NCBI GenBank assembly: GCA_964270895.1
Contig: OZ185444.1
Strand: one strand, 5' to 3'
Origin: Podarcis filfolensis
Lineage: Eukaryota
DNA length: 64,000 bases
Part shown: in pieces, positions 54,441-64,000 of the stretch
Numbering within the stretch: the first letter of the stretch is position 1
Layout of the letters: the number at the start of each line of letters is the position of its first letter
Position numbers and translations under genes: made by a program
Notes under the pieces: generated by a model
Seen by the model: the letters and a program-made list of their open reading frames with translations, nothing else
Database searches by the model: none
Told to the model about the DNA's origin: nothing

Positions 54441-55011
54441 TGTCATGGATTATTTGGATACAGAGGAATGGTGGGAGGAAGCAGCTGGGGAACCACCAAG
54501 GGAAGAAGGCTCTGAGCCCAGGAAGTGGTGATGGGACAAGGATGAGTGGTCAGAGGCAGAAGGAAGTGTCAGACGCTGAAGAGGCAGCAGGGCTTAGTGA
54601 GCAGACAGTGTTTATGGCAGAGAGAAGTCCAGAAGCAGACGCTAAAGCAGGTGAGTGGGATGAGGGAGGCCAAGAGGCAGAGATGAATCAGTCTGGTGAA
54701 GGTGCCAGGTGTCTCCCCATCCTGCTACAAGCTCCCCTAGCTCCAGCCTGGTTTCCCAGAGCCAAGAGAGGCATGAAGAGGATGACGGAGAAATTAGCGT
54801 CATACAGGCACAGTCTCAGGTTGCTTTGGGAAAACCCTGGAGACCCTTCAACCTCCACAACTGCTTCATAAGGGCACCTACCAAATAAGAGCTGCTGTGC
54901 TTATTTGACCTAATACTCCTGTGCAGATCCTCCCCCCCCCCCAATAAAGAGTTAACTGTACTTACTTTGTTGCTCACCAGGGCAAGATAAGCGAATCCTG
55001 GCCTGACTGCA
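54441..55011 (+). mobile_element. Probable solo LTR
   Basis: Starts TGTCATGG and ends near CTGAC...CA; purine-rich U3-like body; AATAAA near 54942; no clear TSD. Confidence 0.55.
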
Positions 55012-55471
55012 CTGGTACCAATTAGGATTTTTTTAAAGTACCACAATGTGTGTTGGAACAGTGTTTTGATAAATGGACTGTTGTCCACTTTTAAATTTAC
55101 AGGATAGCCATGTTAGTCTATTGTAGCAAAAATTAGAGTCTTGTGGCACCTTAAATACTTGTAAATGTAAATGCAATAAACTTTCATGAACTATTTACCA
55201 GATGCCCAAAGATCCTGAATTGACAAGCATCAATACACATGAGGGAATTTAGAGGATTATTGTTTTAAGTATTATTGAAGGTTGTTTGATTTATAGTGAT
55301 TTTACTATTTTTGTTGTTGTTCAGAGCGGTTTGGTAAGCAATGTAGTAAGTAAGCAATATAACCAACAAAGAGTTGTGGGGTGTGATCCCATCCACGCTT
55401 ACAGCAAATACAATGGGGCTTATTTCTGAATATATATTTAAAAGGACTTCAGTTATAGACTAGCTGATTTA

Positions 55472-55542
55472 TTCCTGCATTGCAGGGGGTTGGACTAGAT
55501 GATCCTCAGGGTCCCTTCCAACTCTACAATTCTACGATTCTG
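55472..55542 (+). mobile_element. CR1 extreme 3' end
   Basis: ttcctgcattgcagggggttggactagatgatcctcagggtcccttccaactctacaattctacgattct. Confidence 0.8.
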
Positions 55543-55919
55543 TAACAGTCACAATTCTGTACGTGTTTACTCAGAAGTAAATCAATACTAAACGGAATCT
55601 ACTCCAAAGTAAGCATGTACAGGATTGGAGCAAGGAACACAGTCGGATTTATTTCCAAGTAAATATGCACAGAATTGCAATGATAGCTGCAATCCTATGC
55701 ACACCTCCCTAGGAATAAATACCATTAAACTCAGTGCCACTTTCTGCCGAGTAAGCTTATTAAAATTTGCAGTGTCATTGTCTTCCGGGGCACCAACCCT
55801 AGTTAAGTTTATTCAGAAGTAGATCCCACTGCATAACGCCTAAGAGTTAATGGATTTTTTTGCCTCTTAGTAAACATAGGAATGTGCTGTGCTTTTAAAA
55901 GTATCCCAAGGCTCTTAAT

Positions 55920-56055
55920 CAGGCATCCCCAACCTGCGGCCCTCCAGATGTTTTGGCCTACAACTCCCATGATCCCTAGCTAACAGGACCAGTGGTCAGG
56001 GATGATGGGAATTGTAGTCCAAAACATCTGGCGGGCCGAAGGTTGGGGGTTCCTG
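55920..56055. mobile_element. Palindromic hAT-type MITE
   Basis: Long internal inverted repeat (ccagatgttttgg.ctacaactccc / gggaattgtagtccaaaacatctgg); 8-bp TSD ctcttaat / ctcttagt (7/8 match). Confidence 0.8.
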
Positions 56056-56229
56056 CTCTTAGTTGTTGCTGCAAACTGATTAACAGGGCGACTTCTCTGG
56101 AAATAAACGACGTAGTAATTTATTACTCACTTAAATGGGGATTTAAGATACCAGAAAACGGTTTGCTTTGATTTATATTAATTCCCTCTTTGCTTTCGTT
56201 TTGGCGAAGGGTTTGGATTAACTTTTAAC

Positions 56230-56620
56230 ATGCCTCTATAAGCCTATCGCCGACTCATCGCATGTGCCGCCGCTTTCCTTTCTTCCCACGTTTGGGCTTC
56301 GTTTCCCCTTGTAAACGAGAGTTTAAAAGTATTGCTGGATGGCAAGAGAGCTGGGATTGGGCGAAAAGCTCCGACTCCGTTTCTTACAGCTCTTACGATT
56401 GGAGAATACTTGTAGGCGCAGAGGGGCCCTCGGCTTGGCTTTTTGGTTCGTCGGTTGAGAGGAGCACTAGCTGCGGCGCGAACGGGAGTGTTAGAGCGGT
56501 TAGTGTGTTTGGGGTGAGCGGCGGGGAGGCGCGGGATGGCCGAAGTGGGGCAGGAGCGGAGAGAGACACGATGCAAACTGCTTGCTCCGTGGGGCGGGTT
56601 CACGGTGCTTTGCTAGGACA
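56230..56620 (+). promoter_or_regulatory. Second CpG-rich island, probable CCDC77 proximal promoter / non-coding exon 1
   Basis: CpG-rich patch about 1 kb upstream of the ATG exon; two inverted CCAAT boxes (GATTGG at 56355 and 56397); possible donor gcg|gttagt near 56498. Confidence 0.65.
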
Positions 56621-57605
56621 GAAAGGAAGGGGCTCCTGTTTGATTTTCATCTTTAAAAGTTAAGTTGGGGGGCGTCTAATTCAGATGACTAGGAGAGTAA
56701 AGCTCCCCACCTATTATTATTACTATTACAGCGGGTTACAACCATTAAAACGCAATACTCAGAAGCAATGTAAAAGATCTTACAGCCACAGAAATCAGGT
56801 GGGTCCCAAAAAATATGCCCAAGCAGGCAAATATACAGGTTTACAGCCAGCCCTCGAAGATTATTTGGGGGTGTGAGGCAACCAGCGTGTTGTGTTGCCT
56901 AGCAATTTGGGCTTGGGGAGAGTTGGGTTTAAGTCACTTTTTAGCTAAAAGTAACCTTGGACCAGTCGCTGTCTCTGAGACCACTCAACCTCACAGCTGT
57001 TTCAGGGATAAAAAGCCGGGTGGGGTGGTAAAACGGTTCCACCAGCCCTAGGTACCTGCCTTGCTAGCATCTGCTCATAACAACTTGCCATAATTTAAGC
57101 CATTTTTCCGACAGTCATATTACTTTATTTTTCTCTACCCCGTCCCATGACATACTTCCTATTTTGACTATCCCTGCTACCTTTCCCACTGCTTTCTGCT
57201 CCTTGGCTGCAAAACCTGGCAGATTCCCAATTTCGTGTGGGTAGGCTCGTAGCAGAAATTAGCCCCAGCAGAAAGGTAGGGGCCTTTTGGTTGAAATTCC
57301 TAGCTGTGTGTGGTAGGATAAATGTAATAAATCATTTACATGTGCACTATCGTGTATGAAGCCTGTTACAAGTGCATAGTTTGCCACATCAGATTGAAAA
57401 AGTGTTGGTTGCAGCATGGCTTGATTTAGCGTGAATTTGGTTCGCCAACCACTTTCTTTGAGCACATGCATCTGTTTGTGAGGAAATAAAAATGGGCCAC
57501 TAGAAAACCGTTAATTCTCTTTCTCTGAACCTTTGGCTTTATGCTTCTGTTACCAAAGTAAAAAAGGTATATTTGGCACTACTACAGGTGGTAGGAGTGA
57601 GCGAC

Positions 57606-57643
57606 ATGACTTCCTCTCCAAGAACACCCTCTGCCTCCAAAAG
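57606..57643 (+). CDS. CCDC77: CCDC77 first coding exon, MTSSPRTPSASK(R), 38 nt (exon starts 57588)
   Basis: ctacag| acceptor, ATG, AG|gtaagt; phase 2 matches the next exon. Confidence 0.8.
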
Positions 57644-58546
57644 GTAAGTCAAGGAACTGACTGCTTGATTTCCTCTTCATTTGTATTAAATATTATCAAT
57701 ATCTTTTCTTGAAGACCATCTGCATTCCACACTTAGAGGTAGAACATTGTATTGTAGCTTGTTACCTACCTACCCCTAAGACAGAGTTGTCCAACCTTTG
57801 TCGGTCCAAAGGCCACATTTCTTGTTGGCCAGCCCTTTAGGACTGCATAGGCCAAAAGCTGTGGCATAACCAAGGCTAAAGTGGGTGTGGGTACACCACT
57901 CTTATGTACACACATGCAGACCACACACAACCAATTTTTGTCTTTGTGCTAATTTCCCCTTTTTTCCTTAAATGAGCAACACAAAGGAAAGTATCTGTAC
58001 AGAGGACAAGGTGAGGAAATTCCCAAGAGCAGGTGGAAATTCAAATACCCTGAAATGCCCATGCGTCTTTCAGGTGTTCCTGCATGTATATGCTGATGCA
58101 TGAGTGTGGTGAAGTGGAAGAGCCAATTTTGGATGTGGAACAATGCCAAAGTTGACACCTTTGGTTGTTTGGGTGTGCTTAGTCATGCCTTTGTCCAAAA
58201 AGGTTTTACAGAAGGTAGGGGAAAGGTACCTTCTTTAGGGGAAATTGAGTTTCTCAAAGATGGATCACTGAGGGTCCTCTCCCAAGGAGCAATAATACCA
58301 CTCAGTTTTTGTCTAGTGGGAAAGAAAGTTTCAGAATCCTTTCCAGGTGTTTCATTTTCCCCAAAGGGAGCCTGCCACAGCTGGAGAAACTGGAGGTGGG
58401 ATAGATTAAATTCAGGTCTAGATTTTGTGACCTGTGTGAAACCGTTCTGTGTTTTTATGTTATTGCTAACTGCAAGAATTGAGGTTTGGTAGTCTTTATG
58501 ACTTTGTAATAGAATTGTTCTTGTTATATTCAATCATGGTGTTCAG

Positions 58547-58763
58547 GTCAGCTGCTGGCCACGGCTCCCCCAAATCTCCTAGTTTCCCATCACCTCACCA
58601 GAATGATTGTACTCCTCTTCCTTCAATCAACGAACGTCTGGCCTTTCTCCGCCCTTCCCGGCAACTGCTGGAATACTACCGAAAGAAGATTGCAGACTTT
58701 GATGAAGAGCATGAGGAACTGGTCCAAAGGCTGGAGAAATATAAAGCATCACATGATGAGCAG
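58547..58763 (+). CDS. CCDC77: CCDC77 coding exon 2, ...TPLPSINERLAFLRPSRQLLEYYRKK...HDEQ, 217 nt
   Basis: ORF 58479..58829; recognisable CCDC77 motif. Confidence 0.92.
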
Positions 58764-59607
58764 GTATGGGAAAAGCAAAAGATGGGCGAATGGATAAGTT
58801 TATCCGGTGGTTGGCAAAGCCAGGTTTAGTATTTTGAATTAGGATTTAGTGTTTGCTGATATGCTTTGTTACTTGGTTTACAAAGAGAGTATTTGCCATC
58901 TTGGATTTTCTGGGAAATTCCAAGTGAGGAGTGTTGGTCCATTTTGAAAATACAAAGAGTAAATGTGAATGGAGTGGGGCCTGGCAGTAGCTGCCAGAGT
59001 TATCTATAGCTCTGGGAAGGACCCTTAATACTAAGTTAAAGTATTGAGCAGTGAAGTCTTTGTGCTGCTCAGTTTTAAAACTATAAACCTGGGTTTGAGT
59101 GTCAAACCCTTAGCCTCATCCTAAATAAAATGATTTCTAATATGGCAACTATTAAACCAGTAGCTTATTTTATTGAAAACTAATATCAATCAAATACAGA
59201 TGGGATGTAAGGGGTCGTACCTAATGTAGGGTCAGAAAGGCAAAAGGGGGATTTTGCTGGTGTCTTGCCAGTGCCGCTGCCCAGCAGATTCTGTGACTGA
59301 ACTGGCAGAGTTGGTGTTGGAGAATCCCATAATGCTAGTTTTCAATAGTGGACCATCATGTCATCCTGGCGTAACTTGGGTTGGGGCACAATGGTGCCTT
59401 GTTGCAGTGGTCCCACTCCTACTTCCAGTGTCCCTACCAGGACTAGCATTGAGAAACTTATGCGGCCTCATAGCAATTGTGCTGCTGGGTTCCACAGTGT
59501 TCCGTTCTGTCTTTCGTACTATTTAATGTACAGTATTTGTTTCCCAATGAGCAATGAGAAACCCTGTCTCTGCCCTACCTTTGCTGTAACGGCTAGGTGA
59601 TCAATAA

Positions 59608-59787
<180 letters not shown>

Positions 59788-59999
59788 TAGGTGGGAGAGT
59801 GAAAAAACAGCCTGCAGAACAGAGGGGAGTGGCATGTTTGTGCCATTTCTTTTTAAAGTTACAGGGATTGAGATACTTGCATGAAGAGATCTACAGGGAA
59901 GAATGAATGTGGTGCATGCTACCTATCTTAAAGTAGATGTGCTACTGTCCCGTGCCCTCTGCTGTTGTCCTAGAGGCTCAGAAACAGGCAAGCAAAACG

Positions 60000-60335
60000 A
60001 TAGAGGTGGAGCAACTCCGACCCAAGGAAATGTTGCAGCATTTGGCACTTTTTAGTTTAGAGAAAAGGCAAATAAGAGGTGACGTGTTAGAAGTTTATAA
60101 AGTTGTGCATAGAAAAAGTGGATAGAAAAGAGTTTTTCACCCTGGACTCAGCTAGACCGCTGCAAATAAAATGTTTTAAGTGTGTTGTAAAGTGCAATAT
60201 ACAAATATGGCACTAGGTGGCGACAGTGTTCAGGTTCTTTTTGCAGGCTTCTCATAGACAGCTGGTTGACCATGGTGAGAACAGAGTGCTTGACTAGATG
60301 GGCCAGTGGCCTGTTACACCAGGCTGCAAGGGCTT
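60000..60335 (+). mobile_element. Old CR1-like 3' fragment
   Basis: LFSLEKRQIRGDVLEVYK remnant in ORF 59937..60125, followed by gactagatgggcc tail. Confidence 0.6.
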
Positions 60336-60694
60336 CAGAGATTATTTCTTTCCTTTTTGCTGAACTGCTGTGCAGTTGGCAATCAGTCCTCATTTTGAGT
60401 AGGAAGGAGTTACTATATGCTCCATCAATTCTTTGTGGAACAGATGCAACATTAGTGAGAAGAGAGAAAGAAATAGGATAGGGAAAATTGGGGGCCTTTC
60501 ACTACACACTGTCTTTACATAAGATCTTGTTCAGCAGCCAGATTCTACAGGAAAGAGAATTTCTCCAGTGTATACAGACAGACAGGCAAGCTATCTATTC
60601 CCACTTTTTGGATGTTTCCTGGGCTTCCACTAGTTGGCCTTAGGGGTGCACCAACTAGTGCCTTTGGGAACAGAAATAAGTCACTTTCCTTTAA

Positions 60695-60892
<198 letters not shown>

Positions 60893-61064
60893 TAAAGGCA
60901 TTGCCTTTGGTGGTTCACAAAGCATATTAAGACAATAAAGTACAGCAGGATGTGACATGTAAAGTAACAATAGTAAACCATGACAGCAAAACAGTAAAGA
61001 ATTACAGCAATATATAGTGAAATAGCTAGAGTAAATTTCTGGAGTGGAAATAACTATATGCCAT

Positions 61065-61150
61065 GCTACACAATCCTGCGAATATCTTCTCAGAAGTAAG
61101 CCCTGCTGAGTTCAGCCTGCTTCTGGGTAAGTGTGCAAAGGATTGCAGTC
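61065..61150. repeat. Short (about 85 bp) palindromic MITE-like element; degenerate relatives at about 55548-55631, 55684-55772 and 40800-41040
   Basis: Ends caatcct / aggattg; core actcagaagtaag... Confidence 0.55.
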
Positions 61151-61723
61151 TAAATCGCTAAGCAAAAGTAGGTTAACAGAACTATCCTTCTAAAATCTGT
61201 AACTGTGGAATAGCCTTCACAAAGTAACCCATTGAGCAAAGCCTAATAAATATATTGTGATACTGTAAAAGTTTCCATTGGTCAGAGCCCACTTTGTCAG
61301 ATATCTAGCTCAACAGATCTGCGGGGTCTTTCCTTTTTTTGAAATTGCTTATATGCTGTTATTCATTTCTTAATCTTCTGCTTAGCGAAAACTAAGATAA
61401 AACAGTGATTGCTGTAGTTATTCTGCCTGTACCCACTTCAGGTATCTTAAAAATTGAGATTGATAAATAGGGATTAGGATCCTTAATTCCCTTAAGATGC
61501 ATCTTGCTCATGGGATAATCCTACGGGAAGTATCCCATGACAATTTGACAGTTTCCCCCACATCCCTATGTGCACTGTGAAAACCTGGTGCAGAAGGTCT
61601 AGAAATTGGTACTAGGGTCTGAAAGCCTGTCAGTAGGAACCCCCACTGCACTGAAGTTCCTCTTAAAAAGGGCAACTCAGGATCCAAGCCAGGTTACGAC
61701 TGTAGTTAATATTGTTGCTATTA

Positions 61724-61951
61724 CAATGGTTCCTCAAAACTCGAAAGGCTCTGTTCTCGAACGTTCTGGCTCCCGAACGCCAATAAGCCGGAAGTATGTT
61801 CTCCGGTTTTCAAATGTTCCTTGGAACCCTAATGTCTGACATGGCTTCTGCTGTGCAAAAACCTAGCTGTCGGCCAATCGGAAGCCGCGCCTCGGAACTT
61901 GAATGGTCTCCTGAAACGGATTACGTTCGCGCGCGTTCCAAGGTACCACTG
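61724..61951. mobile_element. Related mariner/Tigger-type MITE in a CCDC77 intron
   Basis: TA|caatggttcctc...ccaaggtaccactg; CpG-rich interior. Confidence 0.7.
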
Positions 61952-61991
61952 CCATAAGAAGTAATTGGTATTGGTGTGTGTGTGTGTGTGT

Positions 61992-62107
61992 AGGGAAGTT
62001 TTAATGTTTAATATTTTATTGTGTTGTTATATCTGCTCAAAGCCACCCAGAGTGGCTGGGGAAATCCAGTCAGTTGGGTGGGTATTATTATTATTATTAT
62101 TATTATT
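61992..62107 (+). mobile_element. L2-type 3' tail, preceded by (GT)n
   Basis: gccacccagagtggctggggaaatccag...(att)n. Confidence 0.7.
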
Positions 62108-63350
62108 AAAAGTTTATGGACTTTACCCCATACCACTAAATCCAGTGCCTTACATAGTTACAAATTCCAGTAGGTAGTCTTTAAAAAGCAACTGTTATCT
62201 CTGCAAAAACAGCCACTTAAAACAGTCTATGCAAATGATTTCAACCAGCTGTCTACCATTATTTGTTCCATGGGTTTCCTTATTTTTGATTTCACCAGCA
62301 AGTATACACAGATGAGAAGACACTTGTAACAAGGGGCTTGGTGTCCAGTTTCCTGATTCTGAGCACATTTACTTCCTCAAAAGGTTTTAGGAATGCTCAG
62401 GCCTAACAAGGACATGCCACTAGTGTGGGGGTTATAATGTCAGAGCAAGAGCTACAACCCTGATCATTTGCATTTAACAGAAAAAGAAACTGACTCTGCA
62501 GGGCAGTAATGGTTTGCACATTCCTCCCAGGATGAAAAGACAGCACAATGGGTTGTAGCTCCACCTGTCTTGCAAAAGCTGGAAATGCACGCAACATTGT
62601 AGGAAGTAGGTGTGGCTTAGGCCTCCTCAACCCTAGTCAATGTTCTGTGTTTGTCTGAGCAACAACCCCCACACCAAAAAAAAAAAACCCTTCTCCTTTC
62701 TGTCCCCCAAAACTCCAGAGCACATCTGTGGAGCAGAAGGAGAGAAAGGGAAAACTTCCGTTCTGTAAGCAGAAGCCTTTTCTGCGGCCAGATGGATATC
62801 ATCCCCATCTACCCAATTCTCTGCCTCTCTGAATTCTGTACATCTGAATGCATTCAGGAAGCTCTGACAGTGTTCACTTTGAAGTTGACAAGCCCAAGAC
62901 AAGATTGTAATTGTTTCAGCTGCCGTTCTGTACTTCACTAGTGACTTCATGGAGCGCTACAGATGGGTGCATGCAGACCCAGTCCTGTACATTGCAGTGC
63001 TAAGGGAGCAGCTCTTAGGACCCAGAACACAATCTTGGTAATAGGGGGCAAGCTGACTCCTAATTCTGAAGCCCAACTCCAGCAGTGACACACCACCCAT
63101 TTGGTGCTGTTGGGTGGCAGAACTAGATGAGACCTGTACACACAACATGGGTAGAAATGCCCTTTTAGGAACTGGGCTGCTAGAGTAACTGCAGGGAGAA
63201 CCAAGCCACAAGTTCATGTTGCATTCTGGAATTCAGTGATGTGCCTATTTTCCTTTAAAATTCCTTTCCCTCTAAGGCTTTTTGCATTGTATTGCTACTG
63301 AAGCCTATCTCAAAAGCAGAGCAGAAAATAGAGTCTTTTTGTCCTTGCAG

Positions 63351-63423
63351 GCCACTATACCTCAAAAGCTAATCAAGGGCAGGGATTCACATGATCGAAG
63401 TGGCAAGCATACTTCCAAAGCAG
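63351..63423 (+). CDS. CCDC77: CCDC77 coding exon 5, ATIPQKLIKG...TSKA(G), 73 nt
   Basis: ttgcag|GCC...GCAG|gtaact; phases 0/1 fit. Confidence 0.82.
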
Positions 63424-63562
63424 GTAACTGAGAAGCTAAGAAATGTCTCCGTCAAAGAAGACATCTGAAGAGAGAGGATATTGTGGGCATGTGGGGGGGG
63501 ACATCTAAATAAAGGAGTGACATGGCTTTTCTTTACCAATTCAACTTTTATTTCTGCTCTAG

Positions 63563-63657
63563 GTATAAAACACTGTGCCACAAAACCAGCAGAAAAGGGA
63601 GAAAAACCAGAAAATGAGGATAGGTACAACAAAGATGAGCAAACACTCTTATTACAG
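63563..63657 (+). CDS. CCDC77: CCDC77 coding exon 6, IKHCATK...YNKDEQTLLLQ, 95 nt; gene continues beyond the window
   Basis: ctag|GT...CAG|gtaagt; ORF 63481..63753. Confidence 0.88.
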
Positions 63658-63830
63658 GTAAGTGGCTTTGTGCAGCCCGGGTGGACTTCTGTTGCTTTTA
63701 GATCTCTAAAACCAAATAGTTCTTTCTCCATGAAAAGTCAGCTTTGCCAATGATGGGCATGATTTTATGCACATTGCCATCCATTGAAATCAGGGGAACA
63801 AGTATTTAGGTCAGTGATAATCCCCAGTAC

Positions 63831-64000
63831 CAGGGGTCAGCAACCTTTTTCAGCCGTGGGCTGGTCCACCGTCCCTCAGACCATGTGATGGGCCGGACTA
63901 TATTTTGGAGGGGGGGGAATGAACGAATTCCTATGCCCCACAAATAACCCAGAGATGCATTTTAAATAAAAGCACACATTCTACTCATGTAAAAAAACGC
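63831..64000 (-). mobile_element. Second copy of the same hAT MITE, cut by the window edge
   Basis: Begins caggggtcagcaacc; reverse-complement match to 16494-16743. Confidence 0.88.

Noticed and set aside
54413-54871. 152-aa ORF as a novel gene
   Set aside because: Lies in a probable solo LTR; purine-rich bias explains the open frame; no splice or homology support.

Overview
Vertebrate genomic DNA, most likely from a squamate (lacertid-like lizard, inferred from Sauria SINE, BovB, CR1 and L2 content). The window holds the complete coding sequence of the H3K4 demethylase gene KDM5A on the minus strand. I traced 28 coding exons from ATG 50279 to TAG 8341: 5088 nt, 1695 aa, all phases consistent, 26 GT-AG introns and 1 GC-AG intron. 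Head-to-head on the plus strand are the first six coding exons of CCDC77 (ATG 57606; the gene runs off the right edge). The two genes are separated by two CpG-rich promoter islands and a repeat-rich spacer. Introns and flanks carry many retroposons and MITEs, several with intact TSDs. No prokaryotic-type system is present, and most ORF-track entries are antisense or shifted shadows of exons, or transposon remnants. Best leads: (1) an unexplained plus-strand exon/intron/poly(A) structure at about 4.6-5.3 kb facing the KDM5A 3' end; (2) inverted SINEs tightly bracketing exons 12-22, a circRNA-like layout; (3) a duplicated L2 tail plus unique flank around exons 20-21; (4) a GC-AG intron; (5) an L1 nested in a BovB with both TSDs intact. 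Comparisons to human proteins and repeat families are from memory, not database searches.
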